A DNA stretch of 39,536 nt from an uncultured Candidatus Saccharibacteria bacterium (GTDB lineage Bacteria; Patescibacteriota; Minisyncoccia; Portnoybacterales; UBA2143), in NCBI GenBank assembly GCA_964650035.1, contig CAZYSH010000003.1, positions 1-39,536 on the forward strand, read 5' to 3'. Made by a program: the position numbers and the translations under genes. Every line of letters starts with the position of its first letter. Position 1 is the stretch's first letter. The notes beneath the pieces were generated by a model. It did not search any database, was not told the origin of the DNA, and saw nothing but the letters and a program-made list of their open reading frames with translations. This document shows positions 33,833 through 39,536 of this stretch, piece after piece.

Positions 33833-34445
33833 ATTTTTCTAATATTGATTCAAAATTATTATACAACTCCTTAATAGCTTGAACAATTCTTTGGTCATTT
33901 TTCATTAAACTAATGCTATCATTCATTTCATCAACTGTTTCTTTTGAAAACCCTATGCCCTTAATAAAAGCTTCCCTATCAGAATCATTAGGCCTTCTTG
34001 AAAAATATTTCTGTAATATTTTATGCCATTTTTTCACCTTTTCTTCCGGAATATCAAATAAAAGTTCATCGGGTAATACTTCATCAAAAAAACTTACATA
34101 CTCTTGCCAATTATCTATTTTTTCATACAATAATCCATCCTCTAAAAGCTTAAAAGAGGTTATACCGTTAACTGAATTCTTTAATTCAGGACTTAAAGCA
34201 GAGTTATCATCTGCTCTGACAAGTTTATTCCAAATATCATCTATTAAAGAATGAAATCTCATTCCCGCTTTGAATGAATTTTCCTCTTTATTATAAGAAA
34301 GATGGGTCATTTTTCTTTCAATACCTGCAAGATACCTAATATCAGGAAAGATCGTGCCAATAAAAAAATCTTTCTTATTCTTATCTTTAAAGTATTTATC
34401 AAATACTTTATCGGTAAGCACTATATGAGTAATAGGAGCTGCCAT
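33825..34445 (-). CDS. hypothetical protein, 206 aa (His-rich N-terminal motifs, possible metal-dependent hydrolase)
   Basis: long ORF overlapping the dnaG start by 8 nt; ITHIVL...FPDIRY...HSL pattern; family not recognised. Confidence 0.6.
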   Translation of the reverse strand: MAAPITHIVLTDKVFDKYFKDKNKKDFFIGTIFPDIRYLAGIERKMTHLSYNKEENSFKAGMRFHSLIDDIWNKLVRADDNSALSPELKNSVNGITSFKLLEDGLLYEKIDNWQEYVSFFDEVLPDELLFDIPEEKVKKWHKILQKYFSRRPNDSDREAFIKGIGFSKETVDEMNDSISLMKNDQRIVQAIKELYNNFESILEKYE

Positions 34446-34452
34446 AATTTTA

Positions 34453-34998
34453 TTATCTTTTCCGGTATTTTATATTATTCTTATTTCCCCCTTTTAATAT
34501 CTTATCAACCATTTCAATTTCTTGTAAAATTCCATCAATCAAATCATACTTTTTTGCCTCTTTATAAGTTACCCAAGCAAAATCAATGCCATCATCATCT
34601 AATTTAACTTTACCTGATTTATAGGGAGCGTAAAAACTAAAGATTATTACTGGAATACCATCGGGTCGAATAAAGGTTATGTCCAACAAATATTGAATCC
34701 TGCCTGTTTTTAAATTAACTTCTTCTTTTGTTTCTCTTCTTAAGGAATTCTCAAATGCAAAATACCAATGATCTTTGGTTGTTTTGGGGGTTTTAATATA
34801 GTCATCAACTTCAAGACCTCCGCCGGGCACAGTCCATTTGCCGGGAAATACTTTTTTATCAAAGCTCCTTTGAGTAATTAAATATTTAGAATCATGTTTT
34901 TGTTTTTTGTAAATAATTACCGTTGAAACTATTCGATGCAATTCTCTATGTTTAATTTTCATTTTTTTAATAGTTTCTTTTACTTCTTTTTCTCCCAA
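34453..34998 (-). CDS. NUDIX hydrolase
   Basis: Nudix box elements (PGGGLE ... RRETKEEVNL); the start at 34998 is TTG, with an in-frame ATG alternative at 34962. Confidence 0.82.
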   Translation of the reverse strand: MGEKEVKETIKKMKIKHRELHRIVSTVIIYKKQKHDSKYLITQRSFDKKVFPGKWTVPGGGLEVDDYIKTPKTTKDHWYFAFENSLRRETKEEVNLKTGRIQYLLDITFIRPDGIPVIIFSFYAPYKSGKVKLDDDGIDFAWVTYKEAKKYDLIDGILQEIEMVDKILKGGNKNNIKYRKR

Positions 34999-35297
34999 CG
35001 ATCTCTATCTCTTTTATTAAGTTTATCCATCATTTTATCAAAGGCCTTATCCAAATCTATTCCTTGGGAATTAGCCAAACAAATTAAGGGAAAAAGAATA
35101 TCAATCAATTCATTTTCTAATCCTTTAGTTTTATGACCTTTCTTTTTCTTTTCTACTCCATGAAGATGGCTAACTTCCCTGGCCAACTCACCTACTTCCT
35201 GCATCAAATGAGCTAAAATCTCATGTGGCGGCCAATATTGCGGGTCGTATTGATTCGTCCACTGATCAACCTGTTTTTGTATTTCTTTTAACGCCAT
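34980..35297 (-). CDS. MazG-like nucleotide pyrophosphohydrolase (small all-alpha NTP-PPase)
   Basis: LMQEVGELAREV and ELIDILFPLICLAN helices fit the EExxE/ExxD MazG fold. Confidence 0.82.
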   Translation of the reverse strand: MALKEIQKQVDQWTNQYDPQYWPPHEILAHLMQEVGELAREVSHLHGVEKKKKGHKTKGLENELIDILFPLICLANSQGIDLDKAFDKMMDKLNKRDRDRWEKKK

Positions 35298-35337
35298 ATA
35301 TTTATCCTTTTTTAATTTTATCTATTATTTTGTAAGT

Positions 35338-35425
35338 TGGCGGAGAGGGAGGGATTCGAACCCTCGATACCTTGCGGTATGCCGCCTTTCCAAGACGGTG
35401 CACTAGACCACTATGCGACCTCTCC
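35338..35425 (-). tRNA. tRNA-Ser (anticodon GGA), long variable arm, CCA encoded
   Basis: reverse complement folds as acceptor GGAGAGG/CCTCTCC, anticodon loop TTGGAAA, variable arm CATACCGCAAGGTATC, T arm GAGGG-TTCGAAT-CCCTC, 3' GCCA. Confidence 0.93.
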
Positions 35426-35452
35426 AAATAATTCTTATTTACGAAACTTCTA

Positions 35453-35698
35453 TTAAAAATATTCTAACAATTTATTCTTTAATTTATCTACTTCATTTGA
35501 ATCCAGAATATCATTGTAATCCCGCTTTAATTGATTGATTTCTCTTCTTATTTCTTCCTTGCTTAAACCGTTATTTAGAGCATCCTGAAAGACACCCAAA
35601 ACATACTGCCTTTCTTGAGGAGATAATTGAGGGATTTGCCGCAGAATCTTCTTAAATTTCTCTTTATATATTTTTTTGTCTGAAAAAAATATTCCCAT
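35453..35698 (-). CDS. hypothetical protein, 81 aa
   Basis: ATG 2 nt after the htpX stop, so probably co-transcribed; helical, charged; no family recognised. Confidence 0.55.
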   Translation of the reverse strand: MGIFFSDKKIYKEKFKKILRQIPQLSPQERQYVLGVFQDALNNGLSKEEIRREINQLKRDYNDILDSNEVDKLKNKLLEYF

Positions 35699-35700
35699 AA

Positions 35701-36588
35701 CTACACATCCATCCCCCGCAGAGCTTTAACTCGTTCTTCAACGCGCGGGTGGGTCATAAATAATTTGGAAACCTTTTTGCCGCGGAAAGGATTAGTAATA
35801 TACATATGAGCGGTGGCTTTATTAGCTACTCGCAACTTGGTCTGGTCCTGGGATATTTTTTCTAAAGCCCGGGCCAGGCCTTCTGGATAACGAGTTAACA
35901 AAGCTCCGCTGGCGTCAGCTAAAAATTCTCTTTTGCGAGAAATAGCCAATTGGATTAAAACGGCAATTAATGGCGAAAGAATTGCCAGAATAATTCCAGC
36001 AATAGCCATAATCGCGCCGAGCTGCCCCTTATTGTCATTATCCCGCCCGCCAAAAAAACTCCAGCGCAAAAACCAATCAGAAAGTAAAGCGACCAATCCA
36101 ACTAAAACTACAACCACTGTTTGCAAAAGAATATCCCGATTTCCAATATGGCTTAGTTCATGAGCAATTACTCCTTCTAATTCTGAACGGTCTAATTTAG
36201 CCAATAATCCCCTAGTAACTGCCATAACCGCGTTTTCCGGATTGCGGCCGGTAGCAAAAGCATTAGGCGCCATTTCATTGATAATATATATTTTAGGCAG
36301 AGGCAGACCGGCGGTAATGCAAAGATTTTCCACTATGCGATAAAGCTCGGGATTATCTTGTTTTTTAATTAAACGGGCTCGACTCATTGCCAAAACAATC
36401 TTATCTGAATGCCAATAGGAAATAAAGCTGATTAAGGAACTGAAAATTACAGCTACAACTAAAATAACCGGGTTATTAAATTGATAAGAAAAAACCCAGC
36501 CCAGACCAATAATAAAAATCAGAAATACGCTAATCAAGAGCCAGGTTTTGCGGATATTTTTGTCTTTATGAGTGTATAGGGTAGCCAT
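35701..36588 (-). CDS. htpX: membrane zinc metalloprotease HtpX (peptidase M48)
   Basis: HELSHIGNRD (HExxH) motif, TM helices, EFLADASGA. Confidence 0.93.
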   Translation of the reverse strand: MATLYTHKDKNIRKTWLLISVFLIFIIGLGWVFSYQFNNPVILVVAVIFSSLISFISYWHSDKIVLAMSRARLIKKQDNPELYRIVENLCITAGLPLPKIYIINEMAPNAFATGRNPENAVMAVTRGLLAKLDRSELEGVIAHELSHIGNRDILLQTVVVVLVGLVALLSDWFLRWSFFGGRDNDNKGQLGAIMAIAGIILAILSPLIAVLIQLAISRKREFLADASGALLTRYPEGLARALEKISQDQTKLRVANKATAHMYITNPFRGKKVSKLFMTHPRVEERVKALRGMDV

Positions 36589-36607
36589 AAATCAAGGACT
36601 GTCTCTA

Positions 36608-36669
36608 AATTCAAGGACTGTCCTCATATTTGCTTTTAAAAAAGTAAATATGAGGACAGTCCTTGAATT
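36608..36669. repeat. hairpin family 4, copy 2 (26-bp arms, one G-T pair), between lemA and htpX
   Basis: AATTCAAGGACTGTCCTCATATTTGC-TTTTAAAAAA-GTAAATATGAGGACAGTCCTTGAATT; 25/26 arm identity to 21254-21279; partial third arm at 36591-36605. Confidence 0.85.
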
Positions 36670-36675
36670 AAGTCC

Positions 36676-37233
36676 TTAAAAACTTACTTCAACTGGTTCG
36701 CGGGCGGCTGTTTCCTCTATCTCAAAGAAATCATACTGCTTGAACCCAAGCGCGCCGGCAATCATATTATTGGGAAAGACCTGTATTTTAGTGTTAAAAT
36801 CACGCACATTCCCATTGTAAAACCTGCGAGCCGCCTGAATCTTGTTTTCAGTATCAGATAATTCTCTTTGCAGTTCTAAAAAATTCTGATTGGCTTTTAA
36901 ATCGGGATAATTTTCAGCCACGGCAAATAATGATTTTAAAGCTCCAGTTAACATATTTTCTGCTTCAGCTTTTTCACCCGGTTCCTGGGCGCCCATAGCC
37001 GCGGTCCTGGCTTTAGTTACTTTTTCCAGAAGCTCTCTTTCATGTTTAGCGTAACCTTTAACTGTATTAATTAAATTAGGAATTAAATCATAACGCCTCT
37101 TTAACTGGACATCTATATCAGACCAGGCCTCATCAGTCCTGTTTCTAAACTTAATTAGGCCGTTATAAACAGCAATTAACCAGATAATAATAAACGCTAC
37201 TACACCTAAAATAATCCATAAAATTGTAGTCAT
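36676..37233 (-). CDS. lemA: LemA family protein
   Basis: N-terminal TM helix, then the conserved LemA pattern (NGLIKFRN...AWSDIDVQLKRRYDLIPNL...YPDLKAN...RRFYN). Confidence 0.93.
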   Translation of the reverse strand: MTTILWIILGVVAFIIIWLIAVYNGLIKFRNRTDEAWSDIDVQLKRRYDLIPNLINTVKGYAKHERELLEKVTKARTAAMGAQEPGEKAEAENMLTGALKSLFAVAENYPDLKANQNFLELQRELSDTENKIQAARRFYNGNVRDFNTKIQVFPNNMIAGALGFKQYDFFEIEETAAREPVEVSF

Positions 37234-37255
37234 ATTTTATCTCCTTTCTGGTTTT

Positions 37256-37284
37256 ATTATATCTATTCCTATCTAATTTTGCAA
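37256..37284 (-). promoter_or_regulatory. promoter candidate for lemA-htpX
   Basis: minus strand TTGCAA (37284-37279), 17-nt spacer, TATAAT (37261-37256); SD AAGGAG before the lemA ATG. Confidence 0.55.
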
Positions 37285-37286
37285 CT

Positions 37287-37317
37287 AAAAACAGCCCTGA
37301 TAGGCAGGGCTGTTTTT
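37287..37317 (-). terminator. intrinsic terminator after groEL
   Basis: AAAAACAGCCCTG-ATAGG-CAGGGCTGTTTTT. Confidence 0.85.
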
Positions 37318-37333
37318 ACGTTCAAAAATCAAA

Positions 37334-39088
<1,755 letters not shown>

Positions 39089-39130
39089 TTATAGGATCAC
39101 GCTCAAAAGGTCGATACCTTAAAAATCTAA

Positions 39131-39421
39131 TTATTCTAAAACCGCCAGAATATCTTCTTCTCTGGCAATTAAGTATTCTTTGTCCTCCAGTTTAATTTCA
39201 TTTGGACCGTATTTGGTAAATAAGACAATATCGCCTTTTTTAACGCTCATTGGCATTTGCTTGCCATCTTTGTTAATTCTACCTGGACCAACCTCAACAA
39301 CTTTACCCTGTTCAGGTTTTTCTTTATCAGCTGTATCAGGCAAAATAATACCTGATTTGGTTTGCTCTTCGCTGGCCATGGGTTCAATTAAAACCCGGTC
39401 TGCTAATGGTTTAATATTCAT
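39131..39421 (-). CDS. groES: co-chaperonin GroES
   Basis: 96 aa; IKPLADRVLI...GIILPD...GKVVEVGPG matches Cpn10. Confidence 0.97.
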   Translation of the reverse strand: MNIKPLADRVLIEPMASEEQTKSGIILPDTADKEKPEQGKVVEVGPGRINKDGKQMPMSVKKGDIVLFTKYGPNEIKLEDKEYLIAREEDILAVLE

Positions 39422-39500
39422 AACTTAAACTAACAGATAATAATAAACAAAAAATAAGCATGGCTTATTCAATATTTATTACTTCTGCTTATTTTACAAC

Positions 39501-39529
39501 ATCTTAATCAAAAATACTCAAATTGTCAA
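39501..39529 (-). promoter_or_regulatory. promoter candidate for groES-groEL
   Basis: minus strand TTGACA (39529-39524), 17-nt spacer, TAAGAT (39506-39501). Confidence 0.5.
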
Positions 39530-39536
39530 CCATTTT

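Noticed and set aside
39422-39536. CIRCE/HrcA operator upstream of groES, or elsewhere in the window
   Set aside because: I found no TTAGCACTC-N9-GAGTGCTAA-like inverted repeat. The only inverted repeat in the groES leader is AATAAGC-ATG-GCTTATT (about 39454-39470), which is unrelated in sequence.

Overview
About 39.5 kb of low-GC bacterial chromosome, densely packed with housekeeping genes under the standard genetic code (TGA is a stop, for example at murG). The gene set and trimmed proteins suggest a reduced genome such as a CPR/Patescibacteria-like lineage, but this is inference only.

Plus-strand block:
- an orphan ORF
- an MntA/HepT toxin-antitoxin pair placed directly in front of grpE-hsp20-dnaK-(membrane)-dnaJ-(membrane)
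- a greA-like gene, tRNA-Lys(UUU) and aspS
- a cell-wall cluster (D-Ala-D-Ala carboxypeptidase, mraY, ftsW, murG)
- gltX, a coiled-coil cysteine-peptidase (PcsB-like), a Xer-type recombinase, a Cas4/AddB-like PD-(D/E)XK nuclease and rpmA

Minus-strand block:
- pyrG, rplI, acyP and an S41 protease
- an envelope-glycan cluster (GT2, LCP, GT2, O-antigen-ligase-like)
- rpoD, dnaG, a hypothetical protein, NUDIX, MazG-like, tRNA-Ser(GGA) and a small ORF
- htpX, lemA, groEL and groES

I saw no rRNA, CRISPR array, transposase or phage genes, and no obvious novel protein-coding system.

The unusual signal is non-coding. At least 14 long palindromes (16-31 bp arms) occupy the intergenic spacers, and several fall into sequence families:
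- Family 1 has four copies. A nearly invariant two-hairpin core of about 91 nt is clamped by copy-specific but self-complementary arms, with compensatory base-pair changes. One copy carries extra nested layers.
- A 19-nt palindrome, TTGGGAGT-N3-ACTCCCAA, resembles a Shine-Dalgarno/anti-Shine-Dalgarno pair. It lies upstream of hsp20 (tandem), aspS, acyP, groEL and a secreted-protein gene.
- Two further hairpin families occur at dnaK/aspS and at the nuclease/htpX loci.

Other points of interest:
- the TA module sits where hrcA normally heads the chaperone operon
- an unassigned 490-bp region has a near-consensus promoter
- two lone strong-SD small ORFs lie head-to-head with gltX and the PcsB-like gene
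- AspRS lacks the bacterial insertion domain
- RpoD carries a roughly 70-residue Lys/Arg-rich N-terminal tail
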